DNA of 64,000 nt from the IMG/VR virus record IMGVR_UViG_3300017829_000024, positions 1,157 to 65,156 of that record, one strand, 5' to 3'. This document shows positions 26,147 to 36,349 of the stretch, piece after piece. Under the pieces are notes generated by a model. That model had not been told where the DNA came from. It made no database searches and worked only from the letters and a program-made list of their open reading frames with translations. The translations under genes and the position numbers were made by a program. Positions within the stretch are counted from its first letter, which is position 1, and every line of letters starts with the position of its first letter. Source of the stretch: a virus.

Positions 26147-26578
26147 TCAGGAGCCGTTCTTAAGCTCGTTGACTTTGGCCTCGACCATGGTCCCGACAAA
26201 GCTCTCGACTTCACGCTCGGTCTTTGGCGTGGCGCCAAACTCCGCGACGATCTTCATCAGCCCGGGCATGCCAAAGTAGCTGACGATCTTTTGAACCGCC
26301 TCGTCTCGAAGCTGCTTTGCCTCTTCTTTAGTGATGCTTGTTCCGCCCGGCGAATTCGGATCGCGCGCCTTCATCATCTCTCTTCGCGTAGTCTGAGCAA
26401 GCTCTCGCACCACCATGGTGGTTACGTTCTCGAGGCCCTGAACGCCCCGGTCGAGCAGGTCGTTCTTCGACTTGTCCTGGAGGAACTTCGATCCCCGCCG
26501 AATGCCCCAGATGATCGCTGTCGATGCGGCCAAGACCGCGAGTCCAACAAAGAACCAAACATCAATGATTTCAGGCAT
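26147..26578 (-). CDS. Holin-like protein (LL-H type)
   Basis: Single N-terminal TM, soluble tail with ITKEEAKQLRDEAV pattern. Confidence 0.55.
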   Translation of the reverse strand: MPEIIDVWFFVGLAVLAASTAIIWGIRRGSKFLQDKSKNDLLDRGVQGLENVTTMVVRELAQTTRREMMKARDPNSPGGTSITKEEAKQLRDEAVQKIVSYFGMPGLMKIVAEFGATPKTEREVESFVGTMVEAKVNELKNGS

Positions 26579-26584
26579 ACCCGC

Positions 26585-26977
26585 TCATCGCTCTAGCAGC
26601 CGGTCGAGGTCAAGGGTCGGGCGCACAATCTTGATGTCGAGCTCTTCAGCGCGCGCAGCACAGTCTGCAGTTCCCGTTCCGCCCGGGAAGACCACGCAAA
26701 CAATGCGCTCCCACGACTCTTGGGTCTGCATGGCGAGTGCTCGCTGAAGCATTCGCGCATTGCGGATCGGTCCGGCTTGATCGCCATACATGCGCCATTT
26801 GGCGTGCTCGATGTGGTGGGTGACCTCATGCGTTCGGCACCATGCCCGGACCGCATCGTCGGCACCCGTCGGACAGCAGCCGCAAAAGACGCAGGCGATC
26901 GGCATGAGCCCGCGAAGGGTCTCGTCCACAAGGCGTGCATTGGCCTGGTCTCTCCCTCCTGTCGTAATGACAATCAT
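26585..26977 (-). CDS. SLOG family protein (DUF2493/YspA-like)
   Basis: VITTGGRD, CPTGAD, W..YG..AGPIRNARML, VFPGGTGTADC. Confidence 0.85.
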   Translation of the reverse strand: MIVITTGGRDQANARLVDETLRGLMPIACVFCGCCPTGADDAVRAWCRTHEVTHHIEHAKWRMYGDQAGPIRNARMLQRALAMQTQESWERIVCVVFPGGTGTADCAARAEELDIKIVRPTLDLDRLLER

Positions 26978-27331
26978 GTTGCAGTCCTTTCATTGCCAGG
27001 TCTTTCGGGGTCCAATTTGACCGCAAGGCCATTGAGGCGGTTGGCTGCGTTGTCGAGCGAGCTCACGAAAAACTTCCAGTCTGGATGATCCGAGTAGTCA
27101 AGAAGAAGCATGGCAATATTATGAGCTCTCAGCGTCAACCGAATTGCCTCATCAGATGTCATCGTCTTGGCGCTCTCCATCACAAAGGCTCCTTGTCTTT
27201 GATCCTTGGCTCGAACACCCAATGAAAAAGCACGCAGAACAGAGGGCAAAAGTAGACATGAAAACCATCCGGCCTCTTGTCCCAAAACACCCCGATCCAG
27301 ATGTCTCTTGGCTCTATTTTGAACTCGAACC

Positions 27332-27724
27332 TCACGGCCCGCCCGCCCCTTCTTCGTTGCGACTTTCTTCTTTTATCCTGAACTGAACAACATGATTGGA
27401 CAACAAGCAGGCCATCCAATGCGCGCCGCCCACGAAATCACCAGAGTAAGGAGAAGACGGATCCACACGGTGCGGCATCACGACCGGACAATCCTGCCAT
27501 TCTTGACCCTCAAAACAAAGTCGGTACTGTATTTTGAACGTCTTGGATGCTTCGTCGTTCAGCCGATAAGTCTCATGCGTAGTGAATCGCCCGTCACATG
27601 CGCCACAGATGCGGCGACGACGAATGTAGCTGCCATCCTCCGACACCCTCGAGTCGATAACCTTTATTTTCCAGCAATCGCCGCAATGCACACAGCGTAT
27701 GCCGGCCCGGATCTGCCCGTTCAT
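27332..27724 (-). CDS. NrdR-like Zn-ribbon protein lacking ATP-cone
   Basis: CVHCG...[29 protein letters not shown]. Confidence 0.8.
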   Translation of the reverse strand: MNGQIRAGIRCVHCGDCWKIKVIDSRVSEDGSYIRRRRICGACDGRFTTHETYRLNDEASKTFKIQYRLCFEGQEWQDCPVVMPHRVDPSSPYSGDFVGGAHWMACLLSNHVVQFRIKEESRNEEGAGGP

Positions 27725-27742
27725 TCGCGCCTTCTTTCTGGC

Positions 27743-28288
27743 CTACAGTGGATAATCTACGCCATGAGCACGCCAATCTTTGGCCCATGCGAACTTGATA
27801 CCGCATGCCTCGGCGGCTGCCTGATCCTCCGGTCGATCGCCGACCATGACGGCGAGATGGGGTGGGTACTGCTCTGAGCCTCCGCGTTGAGCGGTTAGTT
27901 CGCTTCGAGCCGTAATGATGGCGCCAGGATGAGGCTTTCGGCACCAACAGTGCGCTTCGAGTGGGTCTTCGGCTTCGGGGTGATGCGGACACACATGGAT
28001 TGCGCTGAAAGCCCACCCCGTCAACCGGTTCGTCTCAAGTAATGCATGAACCATATCCATGACGCTCACATGCCTGAGCGCCACGCCACCCTGATTGGTG
28101 ACCCCGCAAATCAGTCCGCCTTTGCCTATCCACTCGTGCATGCGCTCAATGGCTGCCGGAAAAATCTTGACGTCTGTCGCCTTGTTAACGAATCGGCCGA
28201 GCTCGTCTTTTCCATGACGCACAGTGCCATCCACATCCAGATAAAGGACCGCTTTCGGTTTAAGGTCTTTCACCACAAGTCCCATCAT
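27743..28288 (-). CDS. HAD-IIIA phosphatase (GmhB/histidinol-phosphatase-like)
   Basis: YLDVDGTV, VTNQGG, CPHHP...CWCRKP.PG, MVGDRPED. Confidence 0.88.
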   Translation of the reverse strand: MMGLVVKDLKPKAVLYLDVDGTVRHGKDELGRFVNKATDVKIFPAAIERMHEWIGKGGLICGVTNQGGVALRHVSVMDMVHALLETNRLTGWAFSAIHVCPHHPEAEDPLEAHCWCRKPHPGAIITARSELTAQRGGSEQYPPHLAVMVGDRPEDQAAAEACGIKFAWAKDWRAHGVDYPL

Positions 28289-28542
28289 TTATCCTCCCGG
28301 ATTCGCATCATCTGTGCGTTTTGCTCGGCAAAGTTAAAGGCATCAAGAAGTTCTGCGGATCGACCCTCGATGTACACAAGGCCATTGCAGACCACATGCC
28401 ACTTGTAGCGGCCCCGGGGGTCAAACTCGGGATCGATCTTCACATAGACGCTATACTCTCTTCGTCGACGTGGCCGGCTGTCGACCTCTTGAACGCGTCG
28501 TTTGATGCGCGCTGTGGGCCCCGCCTCAACAAGGGCGCTCAT
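28285..28542 (-). CDS. Hypothetical protein
   Basis: ATGA-coupled in operon. Confidence 0.55.
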   Translation of the reverse strand: MSALVEAGPTARIKRRVQEVDSRPRRRREYSVYVKIDPEFDPRGRYKWHVVCNGLVYIEGRSAELLDAFNFAEQNAQMMRIREDK

Positions 28543-28826
28543 TGTCGAAACCTCCTTTTGGGATCGGAGCCCTTGTCAATGATGCTTGGCCCAGGTGCAC
28601 GCCCTGACATAAAAATACAGGCCATCTCTGCCATCCTATGGGCGTCTTTTTGTGAGTTGGCATATCCCTGGCAAACGGCCGTCATCGTGGGCACATTGGA
28701 GTGCCGCACCTCCCAGAAGTACGCCGGCATCCAGCGCGCCCAATAGATCTTGGCCTCTAGCTCTCCATGATAGAAGACATCCCCCTGGGGGGCGTCGATT
28801 TCATCTTCGATGATGATGTCTTTCAC
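28539..28826 (-). CDS. Hypothetical protein
   Basis: Coupled in operon. Confidence 0.55.
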   Translation of the reverse strand: MKDIIIEDEIDAPQGDVFYHGELEAKIYWARWMPAYFWEVRHSNVPTMTAVCQGYANSQKDAHRMAEMACIFMSGRAPGPSIIDKGSDPKRRFRQ

Positions 28827-29092
28827 GGCTTCTTCTCTTTGGGTAAGGGCCAGATTTTCTCGACTTCAACCACGAGCTGTTTTCGGTCTTCTCGAAGCCG
28901 GTGCGCCAATGTGTCAATGTCTTGACCGCAAATGTCCTTGTAGGCTAGCCAGAGTCCCGGCCCAATAATCCTATCTTCAAGAAGACCCAGCAAGAGATCT
29001 GGAGCATCAACCTGATGCATGAGCTCCATGCACACGTTCACGGCACCCGGGTTGTTTTGCGCGATCGTCATGATGGCTTGTTTGATGTCCAT
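28823..29092 (-). CDS. Conserved phage hypothetical protein
   Basis: MTIAQNNPGA.NV...IIGPGLWLAYKDICG pattern; coupled to Bet stop. Confidence 0.65.
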   Translation of the reverse strand: MDIKQAIMTIAQNNPGAVNVCMELMHQVDAPDLLLGLLEDRIIGPGLWLAYKDICGQDIDTLAHRLREDRKQLVVEVEKIWPLPKEKKP

Positions 29093-30415
29093 CTACCCAT
29101 CCTCTCCGGGTTCACGGCTGTTGCCATCGCCCCATGGAATGTCTTCATCGAAATTTTGCGCGGGATCGGGAAGCTGCCCGCTCACTGATCGAAGCCCCGA
29201 CTCGGACATCAGATCGTGTTCCGTTGCGCCCTCACTTGCTCGAGCAATCGCCTCCGGATCCATTTCGGGCTCTACCGGGATATCCCGCCCCTCAACGATG
29301 TCTTCGCTGACAATCGGATGACCATTTCCGTCGGGCTGGGCCTCAGGCGGTGTGGCTGCTCCAAGATCGCGATGATGCATACGCTCGATCGCGCAATGCT
29401 CGCAGCCGTTGCGCTCGAACTTCACCCGATCGATCGACCGCCCACACCCTGGGCACTTGACCGGTCCCCAGTCCTTCCCTCCAAAGTTCTCCGCTTTCGG
29501 ATTCGATTCGATTTGAGAGTCCGGCCCCCATGGCGTCCCGCGTTTCCTCAGGAGCTCAAGGAACCAGGCCAGACCCTTTCCGGTCTCTTCCTGGTTCATT
29601 TGACGGACGTGCTTGTAGATCTTCCCGAGTTTGTCGACATGCTCCGCGGTCATGGCCCAAGGATCGCCGCGGAGAAAGACATCGAGCATTTCGACTTCCA
29701 CGCCTTCGGCGTCAAAGAGCTCCACGCACTTTCGGACGCGGTTTTGGCGCTGCGCTTCCTCGGGGCTTACCGGCTCTTCAGGCGGCCCAACGATTGTCTC
29801 GGGCTCCTCGGCTTCACCATCAAGGATCTCGTCGCCCACGAATCCCGCAACGCGCCGAAGAAGCTCTTTGGGAAAGGCCTTGCGAAACGCAACGCCCTCC
29901 GCACGAAGACTGAGCATGTGCGCTCCGCCGCCTTTGGCCCACATGCCAGTTGGGCTCTGAGGGCGAAACTCGGCAGACGTCGCAACGCCGATGACGGGAT
30001 GCTTCCAGCCATGCCGATATACGGCGACGCGGGCGGCTTTCGGCGGGCCCTTGTCGCACCAGGCTTCGAACCAGTTGTTGCCGTCATTGGTCCAAAGCGT
30101 GGGCCCTTGGCCCCCATAAAGACCGGTTCGCTCTGCCAGCGACCGGTAACCATCCATCATCATCATGACCTGGAGATAGTGCTTATTATCTTTCTTGTTC
30201 CACTTCTGAAGGCCCTTGATTTGATCCATAAAGGGCGAAAGCTGAATGGCCTCAAGACGAGCGACATACTCGTCAAAAATGTGCTCCTGCCAATCTGCGC
30301 AGTGCGTCTTTCGCAGAATGCGCGCATGGCTTTTGTCAAAGACCCTGGGGGCTAGCGTCGGGTTTTCATTCCGAAGTTGTTCGACTGCCTGACTCACCAT
30401 GTACCTCGCCGTCAT
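29093..30415 (-). CDS. bet: Bet/RecT-family single-strand annealing protein with long acidic tail
   Basis: LSPFMDQI, MMMDGYRSLAERTGLYGG, PPKAARVAVYR, MW..GGAHML..RAE..AFRKAFP. Confidence 0.88.
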   Translation of the reverse strand: MTARYMVSQAVEQLRNENPTLAPRVFDKSHARILRKTHCADWQEHIFDEYVARLEAIQLSPFMDQIKGLQKWNKKDNKHYLQVMMMMDGYRSLAERTGLYGGQGPTLWTNDGNNWFEAWCDKGPPKAARVAVYRHGWKHPVIGVATSAEFRPQSPTGMWAKGGGAHMLSLRAEGVAFRKAFPKELLRRVAGFVGDEILDGEAEEPETIVGPPEEPVSPEEAQRQNRVRKCVELFDAEGVEVEMLDVFLRGDPWAMTAEHVDKLGKIYKHVRQMNQEETGKGLAWFLELLRKRGTPWGPDSQIESNPKAENFGGKDWGPVKCPGCGRSIDRVKFERNGCEHCAIERMHHRDLGAATPPEAQPDGNGHPIVSEDIVEGRDIPVEPEMDPEAIARASEGATEHDLMSESGLRSVSGQLPDPAQNFDEDIPWGDGNSREPGEDG

Positions 30416-30606
30416 TGGAGCGGTTCTTGGGCGCTCGGTTTGTGCCGCATGCTACCGATTCGATCTTCGAAAGCGCCCGAATGATAATGCCCGACTGCTG
30501 ACGGACGACGGCAGCAAGCTCGTCTCCCTGATCGTGCGCCCATAGTCGGCTCATGTGCACAAGGGACGTCCGAATGTCGAACGCGTGCTCAAAGACTGTC
30601 TTGCTG

Positions 30607-30888
30607 TTATCCGTATTGGCCATGAATGATGATGTCCCGATCGGGCTGTTCAATCGCGAAGAACCGGCCCGTATCGGCGTCCTCGCAAACGACGACCGCG
30701 CCACTGCGGTGCGGCCCCCAAGGCTCTGCCAGGCAGCTCACCCAGATGCGCTCATCGTCCGGATCCATCCCCGCGTCCATCACAATCTCGGCATTGAACT
30801 CGGGCCGACGCGGATCGTCATGCGTAACAACCTTGCTCAAGACCTCTCGATCTGCGTTGTAGGTGAATTCGTAAACGACAAACTTCAT
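30607..30888 (-). CDS. Hypothetical protein
   Basis: RBS AGGAGG; downstream of repeated 12-mer promoter. Confidence 0.6.
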   Translation of the reverse strand: MKFVVYEFTYNADREVLSKVVTHDDPRRPEFNAEIVMDAGMDPDDERIWVSCLAEPWGPHRSGAVVVCEDADTGRFFAIEQPDRDIIIHGQYG

Positions 30889-30906
30889 GGCTCGTCCCTC
30901 CTGATC

Positions 30907-30980
30907 GAATCATACGAACATCCGTACGAACATCAAGCGGAACATCCATAGAAAAGTCCATACAAACACCTGAACAAAAG
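30907..30980. repeat. Tandem degenerate 12-mer operator/promoter array, site 1
   Basis: CCGTACGAACAT CAAGCGGAACAT CCATAGAAAAGT CCATACAAACAC; minus strand TTGATG-N16-TATGAT. Confidence 0.7.
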
Positions 30981-30982
30981 AT

Positions 30983-31258
30983 CTAATCGTCCTGTTCGGT
31001 CTTGGTGTCGCCATGAACCGCGGCGGCAACACGCTTCCAGTTCGTGTCGTATCCGGGGGCGTTCTGGCGCCGAAGGGGCGGAAGAAGCGGGAGATTTTCC
31101 TCCTTGAGGTGTCGATTCACACGGCGCCTCCATTCATAGACCGTCGAAAGAGGCATACCGAGCACCCTGGAAAGATCGGGCACTGAGCCATCGGCGTCCT
31201 TCATCTCCCGCCAAGCCGCGGCAAACTCCTCGTATGTGAATGGGTGTCGCGGCGGCAT
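30983..31258 (-). CDS. HTH DNA-binding protein
   Basis: SVPDLSRVLGMPLSTVYEWRRR. Confidence 0.65.
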   Translation of the reverse strand: MPPRHPFTYEEFAAAWREMKDADGSVPDLSRVLGMPLSTVYEWRRRVNRHLKEENLPLLPPLRRQNAPGYDTNWKRVAAAVHGDTKTEQDD

Positions 31259-31537
31259 CTTGATTCTCAATCCCTTGGCGAGTCGGTGCTCACCTGTCAA
31301 AAGCATGCTTGGCGCTTTGTTCGTGTGGATCGTCCGTTAGGCCCTCGATCTGCGTGTCCGATGACGCGATCCGCTCAACAAACAGATAGACGTCTTCGAC
31401 GGGGATCACGAGCTGACCGGCCAGCCCTCCACGGTTCCAGATGCGAAGAATTGCGTGCGAGCCGCGATAAGAGATCTTGATGCTCGAAACGAGCGGTGAA
31501 GAATGCGGTGCGTCATGCTTGACCATCAAAGACTCCT

Positions 31538-31837
31538 TCATGATGCCTGCAGGATGAGCCCCACAACGACCGAGCATCCGCCTGCGAGCATGAGGGCCGT
31601 CAAAAAAACGGCAGCGACAAAGAGGGCAAACCAGGGGATCTGAAGAGGTTCTTCAGGGACGGGATCCTGTGTCCCCTGCCACCCCTCATAGGACGAGGCC
31701 CGCCATCGCGCCCCTCTTCGCCGGACCAGTTGCTCCTGAGCCTCATGGCGGCTGATGCCATCCACGTAGGCACGCTCAGTCCCAAGCTGGAAGATGTGCG
31801 TCATCAAAACAGATGGATCGTCTTGGTTGTGCATCAT
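31538..31837 (-). CDS. Hypothetical membrane protein
   Basis: RBS GGGAGAG; C-terminal TM segment. Confidence 0.55.
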   Translation of the reverse strand: MMHNQDDPSVLMTHIFQLGTERAYVDGISRHEAQEQLVRRRGARWRASSYEGWQGTQDPVPEEPLQIPWFALFVAAVFLTALMLAGGCSVVVGLILQAS

Positions 31838-31844
31838 CTCTCCC

Positions 31845-31923
31845 GAATCATACGAACATCCGTAGAAACATCAAGCGAAACATTTGCACAAAGTGTTGAC
31901 GAATCACCTACGGCGTTTACCAT
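31845..31923. promoter_or_regulatory. Divergent promoter region with 12-mer repeats, site 2
   Basis: 39-nt near-copy of 30907-30945; rightward TTGACG-N16-TACCAT at 31896-31923. Confidence 0.65.
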
Positions 31924-31947
31924 GTGTTTGGAAGGGAGAATTGAACC

Positions 31948-32241
31948 ATGACCTTACTTCTTTCGAAGGCGATCGAGTTCGCCAAAGGGCACGAGGGTCA
32001 CGAGCCCTGTGTGGTTGAGGGCTACATGGCGGGCGTGGCTATGGTATACGCCTTGGTGGTCGCCGTTTCAAAGGACGAATCTATGTCCCAAGAAACGAAG
32101 GGTGAAATCTACAAGGCCATACGAAGCGAAATCGATGCGGCCGGCTTTGATGTCAAGATCAACGTGGTCCAGGTCGAAACGATGCAAGAACTGATGGCAT
32201 TTAAGCAAATGCCGTCAATTGACCCAAAGGATGCAAACTAG
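31948..32241 (+). CDS. Hypothetical protein
   Basis: RBS GGGAGA. Confidence 0.6.
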   Translation: MTLLLSKAIEFAKGHEGHEPCVVEGYMAGVAMVYALVVAVSKDESMSQETKGEIYKAIRSEIDAAGFDVKINVVQVETMQELMAFKQMPSIDPKDAN

Positions 32242-32573
32242 TGGAATCAGTCAACACGGAAGCTGCAACAAAGGCCATGAAGGAGGCGGTGGGCCATTTG
32301 AAGGCCGAACGTTCGGAGCTTGATGTGCGCATCGCATTTATCGAGGGCGAGATCAGCAAGATGAACGGATCGGGGTCGATTCGTCGCGGACCCGGTCGAC
32401 CGCCGGGCTCCAAGAACAAGCCGAAGGCAGCCGCCAAGACCATGGCTTCAGGCACGAAGAAAAAGAAAAAGCGCAATTGGTCTCCGGAGGCTCGGGCAGC
32501 GGCAGCAGAACGCATGCGCAAGACCTGGGCAAAGCGGAAGCGTGCTGCTGCGAAGGAGGCTCGAGGGGGCTGA
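32241..32573 (+). CDS. Basic nucleoid-associated/histone-like protein with AT-hook
   Basis: Coiled coil, RRGPGRPPGSK, KKKKRNWSPEARAAAAERMRKTWAKRK. Confidence 0.7.
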   Translation: MESVNTEAATKAMKEAVGHLKAERSELDVRIAFIEGEISKMNGSGSIRRGPGRPPGSKNKPKAAAKTMASGTKKKKKRNWSPEARAAAAERMRKTWAKRKRAAAKEARGG

Positions 32574-32801
32574 AGGAGGGGACGTCGTCGACCACGTGGC
32601 GGGACAATGTTTCCTGCGACATGGGGGGCCGGCGACCCGAAAAAAGAGCAAGCCGTGGCGGCTCTTCTTGGCGCACGTCAATGGATTCAGGAGGGTGCGC
32701 GAAAAAGGGCCGCCTACGGCTGGCTTTGTTTGATATGCCGAGAGCTGGGTCTCGATCCATTTTCGAATCAGGGTTGATTCCGTTTTCTGCGCTCTCCTTT
32801 C

Positions 32802-33392
32802 CTACGCGCCCACGCGTCGTTTCATGACCGGAACCCGGTCTGTGTCTTGAATCGTCACCGACTCAGGGGTCGTCCGCAGATCTCCGACCGGGATCGAACG
32901 CATTGCGGTTCCGGCGTAGAAGAGCGGTGCAGGCTCGAGCTCGAGCTTGGCGATCGCCGTAGCCGGTAGATCGGCTGTGACCGCTTCGAGCTCAAGCGTC
33001 GGACCAGCGGCCGTGAAAAGCGCACGGGCTTCATCGCTCGCCGCTGTTTGATCTCTCTGCTGGGCTTCGACCGCCGGTCCATGTCGAGACTGCCCGAGGA
33101 TGACGCGGTCGAGAATCTTGACGAAGTTTTCCCCAAGGAAAGCACACCAGAGGCCCGCGGCCACCTTGATGGCGGCCGGCTGCCCGTCGACCACGGGAAG
33201 GCCTCCGGCGAACGCCGCAGCGATGCCTAGGGCCTCCGGAACGAAGGGGAGCAGTCGCCGGGTCACCGGATTGCGCGCAAACCAGGGCGCATCATCGAGT
33301 GCCCGCGCCAGGAAGAAGATGCCGCCGGCCACAAAAAGCGTCCACTTGTTCAGTGCCAGCTCGGCCAGCCCCATCACGAGTGTTTCGTCCAT
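32802..33392 (-). CDS. Multi-TM membrane protein, possible second holin
   Basis: Three hydrophobic segments followed by soluble tail. Confidence 0.45.
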   Translation of the reverse strand: MDETLVMGLAELALNKWTLFVAGGIFFLARALDDAPWFARNPVTRRLLPFVPEALGIAAAFAGGLPVVDGQPAAIKVAAGLWCAFLGENFVKILDRVILGQSRHGPAVEAQQRDQTAASDEARALFTAAGPTLELEAVTADLPATAIAKLELEPAPLFYAGTAMRSIPVGDLRTTPESVTIQDTDRVPVMKRRVGA

Positions 33393-33976
33393 GCGCATTC
33401 GTGAACGAAGACGCTTTTCTGTGACCAAGGTCGTGTGATGCCGGCGTCACGCGCTGTGTCAGGCGCCGCGTAAACGCTGCGCGATTGAAGATCAGGGAGG
33501 GCTGTGATCCGTCATTGCCCTGCTTCGGTTCAGCCGCGCACGGAGCTCAGACCGGAGGACGGCCTCGGCTCGATTCTTTTCGGCTATCGCGAGCCAGTGC
33601 CGGCGGGTCGCCCGAGCTTCGCGGGCCTGTGTCTTCTTTCGCTTTGACCAGGTCTCGAGGCCAGTGGCGCGGCGCCTTTGAGCGGCTGCCATCTTCATCC
33701 GCATGCGATCAGCCAAGAAAAGCTTTCGCGCTTCTTCGCGCGCATGCCATCGCGTGTCGCTCGTCCAAGTGCTCATGTGGTGACAAACCGCATTGTGCAT
33801 CAGAGGTGAAGGGCAAAGAGCGACCGAAGACCACGCTCCCCAGCGGGAATCCTTCGGCCGCTCTTCATGGACCGTTTTTTTGTTGATGGTCGCCCGGTAC
33901 GCCCCATCCCCCCGTCCGCCGATCCCCTACGGTTCACAACAGATGGTGTTCAAGCCGCACAGAACGAGGCTCGAGC

Positions 33977-35536
33977 CTACAGCACCACGACTTCTTCGTC
34001 ACTAAGTTCTGCAAACGCATAGCACATCGCATCGAGGTTATCGCAGGATCGCCCAATGCCATCCCGCCGAGTTCGAAACTTCTCTTTCGACTCAATCTGA
34101 ATTTGACCGTTTTCAAGAACACGATACCGAAGACTGTGAAGCTCTTTGATGAGGTCCTTGTCGCCGGGGTCGATATCTATCTCTCCCGCCATAAAACGCT
34201 CTCGAAGCCCCCAGTAGAGCTCGGCCCTGCGGTTCTTGTAGATCTCTTCTTCCGAGGCTTTTTCGGCGAAGTTGACCGGGCAAACGCTGACCTCTCGTCC
34301 GCGCGATTCATCCCAAATAGATTCATCGGCCAACCAATTGTAGGGGCCTAGTCCAATGCCAATGTTGTCTATGTTGATGGCCCACGGTGGATCCTTTGAA
34401 GCACGAGCCGTTACCGCAATCAGCATGGGCAACTTTCGCATGTTGCTCTTCTGTTCTTTGCGGATTCGCCGGTAGTATCCGGATGCCCACGCTTCACCAA
34501 TGATTGAGGGATCAGGACCGGTGCCACCCAGGTCGACGCCCCATCGATGCCAGCCCTTCCGCGGCAGGCTCCGTGCAATGGCCTCCCGGATCGTATGCGC
34601 TGGAATGAGGGCGTCCTCACCGACAGGCGGGAACTCAGCGAGAACACGCGCTTGAAAGGCGGGATGGTGAAGGCCCCACCCGCGAAGGCGGCCTTCGGCC
34701 CATAGCGCATGAACCAGATAGGGCGCCGGCCACGGGATCTCGTCGTCTCGAGGAAGATAGCCGAGCTTGGCCTCTACCTTTTGTCTCCAGGTCTTATTGA
34801 CGAGATCCTCAAGCTTGATCCCGTAATGCATAAAATTGGGCGTCTGAAAGACGTCCATCTGAAAGTGACGATAACCAAGCTCTTCGTCTTCGCAGGCTCT
34901 TCGAAAGTCCCCCTCGACAGACACAGGGTTGGAGATCATGACGACCTTCGATCCAACGGAGCTCGTCACGCCCTCCATCTGTTCGTAGATGAGCTCGGGA
35001 ATGCCGGCCGCTTCATCAATGATCAGCAGGTTCGTTCCGGATTGCGGGTGAAGGCCCACGAAGGCACTTCCGCCCTCCGAGTTTGGGGATGCGGTATAGC
35101 CGATGCCATACCAGTTGTCCTTTTCCGGCTCGCCCGGTATTCGCCTCGGCCCAAGGTGCCAGGAGTTCTTTGTAAACCGCCCGCCCAGATAGCACCGCGA
35201 TTTTGCGGCTGCAGTCCGGATCTCCTTCCACAGAACGTGTACCACCTGACGATAGGTGGGCGCCGTAGTGATGAGCTCGGATTCGACGTTGCAGCACAGA
35301 AACCATGGCGCCAGCATTCCGCCGGCCCATCTGGACTTCCCGATCCCGTGGCAGGACCGGATCGCGACTCGAGGGTGGTCTCGGACCGCATATAGCCAAT
35401 CAAGCTGGTAATTGAACGGCCTTTGCCCGAGAACCTCCTCGACGAACCATTGCGGGTCCTCACGCCCCGCCTCAAAAATAAAGTCCCGATCCCGAAGGGA
35501 TATATGCTCTACGAGTCCCATTCTTCGTTCTCCCAA
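33977..35536 (-). CDS. terL: Terminase large subunit
   Basis: VAIRSCHGIGKS, LIIDEAAG, nuclease GVDLGG.G.D, DNLDAMCYAF. Confidence 0.93.
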   Translation of the reverse strand: MGERRMGLVEHISLRDRDFIFEAGREDPQWFVEEVLGQRPFNYQLDWLYAVRDHPRVAIRSCHGIGKSRWAGGMLAPWFLCCNVESELITTAPTYRQVVHVLWKEIRTAAAKSRCYLGGRFTKNSWHLGPRRIPGEPEKDNWYGIGYTASPNSEGGSAFVGLHPQSGTNLLIIDEAAGIPELIYEQMEGVTSSVGSKVVMISNPVSVEGDFRRACEDEELGYRHFQMDVFQTPNFMHYGIKLEDLVNKTWRQKVEAKLGYLPRDDEIPWPAPYLVHALWAEGRLRGWGLHHPAFQARVLAEFPPVGEDALIPAHTIREAIARSLPRKGWHRWGVDLGGTGPDPSIIGEAWASGYYRRIRKEQKSNMRKLPMLIAVTARASKDPPWAINIDNIGIGLGPYNWLADESIWDESRGREVSVCPVNFAEKASEEEIYKNRRAELYWGLRERFMAGEIDIDPGDKDLIKELHSLRYRVLENGQIQIESKEKFRTRRDGIGRSCDNLDAMCYAFAELSDEEVVVL

Positions 35537-35895
35537 GGGACAAGTTCAGGATCATCTTTCGCCAGCTCGGCCACTTCTTTCTGGGACTTGTTGCTTCGCT
35601 GCTCTTTTTCCCAGTTCTCAATGGCCTCAACCGCTTCCCCAGTCACATGGGCGCACCATTCTTGATCATTCAGCTTGGCGAAGCGGCTGTCACAGGCAAT
35701 GTCGAAAGGCAAAAAATCGGGCTCCCCGGTCGACATCCCGAACCTCTGATAAGACTTCGGAACATCTGGAGCCCGAACCACATCTGCCGCTCGAACCTGA
35801 AGGCCGCTTCCAATCTGGATCTGCACGACATAGCCGCTCGGAAGACGGCTTCGCTCATTGATCATTGTCTGTTCGTTCACGGTTTCGCTCTCCAT
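35509..35895 (-). CDS. Hypothetical protein
   Basis: ORF between terS and terL. Confidence 0.55.
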   Translation of the reverse strand: MESETVNEQTMINERSRLPSGYVVQIQIGSGLQVRAADVVRAPDVPKSYQRFGMSTGEPDFLPFDIACDSRFAKLNDQEWCAHVTGEAVEAIENWEKEQRSNKSQKEVAELAKDDPELVPWENEEWDS

Positions 35896-36349
35896 TTTTC
35901 AGCCTCTCTCGCGCAGAGAGCGCGAGCTCGGCCCATGATGTGTATTGGCTTCCTCGGCCTTCTTCTTCGAGCTGATAAATGACGCGATCCAGGGCAATAT
36001 CCGTTTGAAGTTTCGCCCAAATCGCCATGTAGCCGCGCCGTGCTGTGTGATCCATTCCGGCCTGCATCATGAGGATCGATAGGGATCGGACGCGCTCGAC
36101 CGCGTCATCGTCTGATGCGTCCGCGAAGGCGAGCGCATCGACCGTGCGAAGGCGTTTGGCCTCATAGAGCGCCGCCTCTTGCCTCCAGGCCTGAAGGAGT
36201 CGCGGGTGGTCCTTCATGCGCTTTGCGAGCGTCGTTCGCGCCATCATGAGGGTGTCCGCGATTTGGGCGGGCCGAAGACCCTGACCCGCAAGGACGCGGA
36301 TGCGCGACTCGAGAAGCCGCACATCCTTGTGCCATGGCCGAGGAATCAC
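35855..36349 (-). CDS. terS: Terminase small subunit candidate
   Basis: N-terminal HTH (GLRPAQIADTLMMARTTL); GTGA overlap start; upstream of terL. Confidence 0.6.
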   Translation of the reverse strand: MIPRPWHKDVRLLESRIRVLAGQGLRPAQIADTLMMARTTLAKRMKDHPRLLQAWRQEAALYEAKRLRTVDALAFADASDDDAVERVRSLSILMMQAGMDHTARRGYMAIWAKLQTDIALDRVIYQLEEEGRGSQYTSWAELALSARERLKNGERNRERTDNDQ

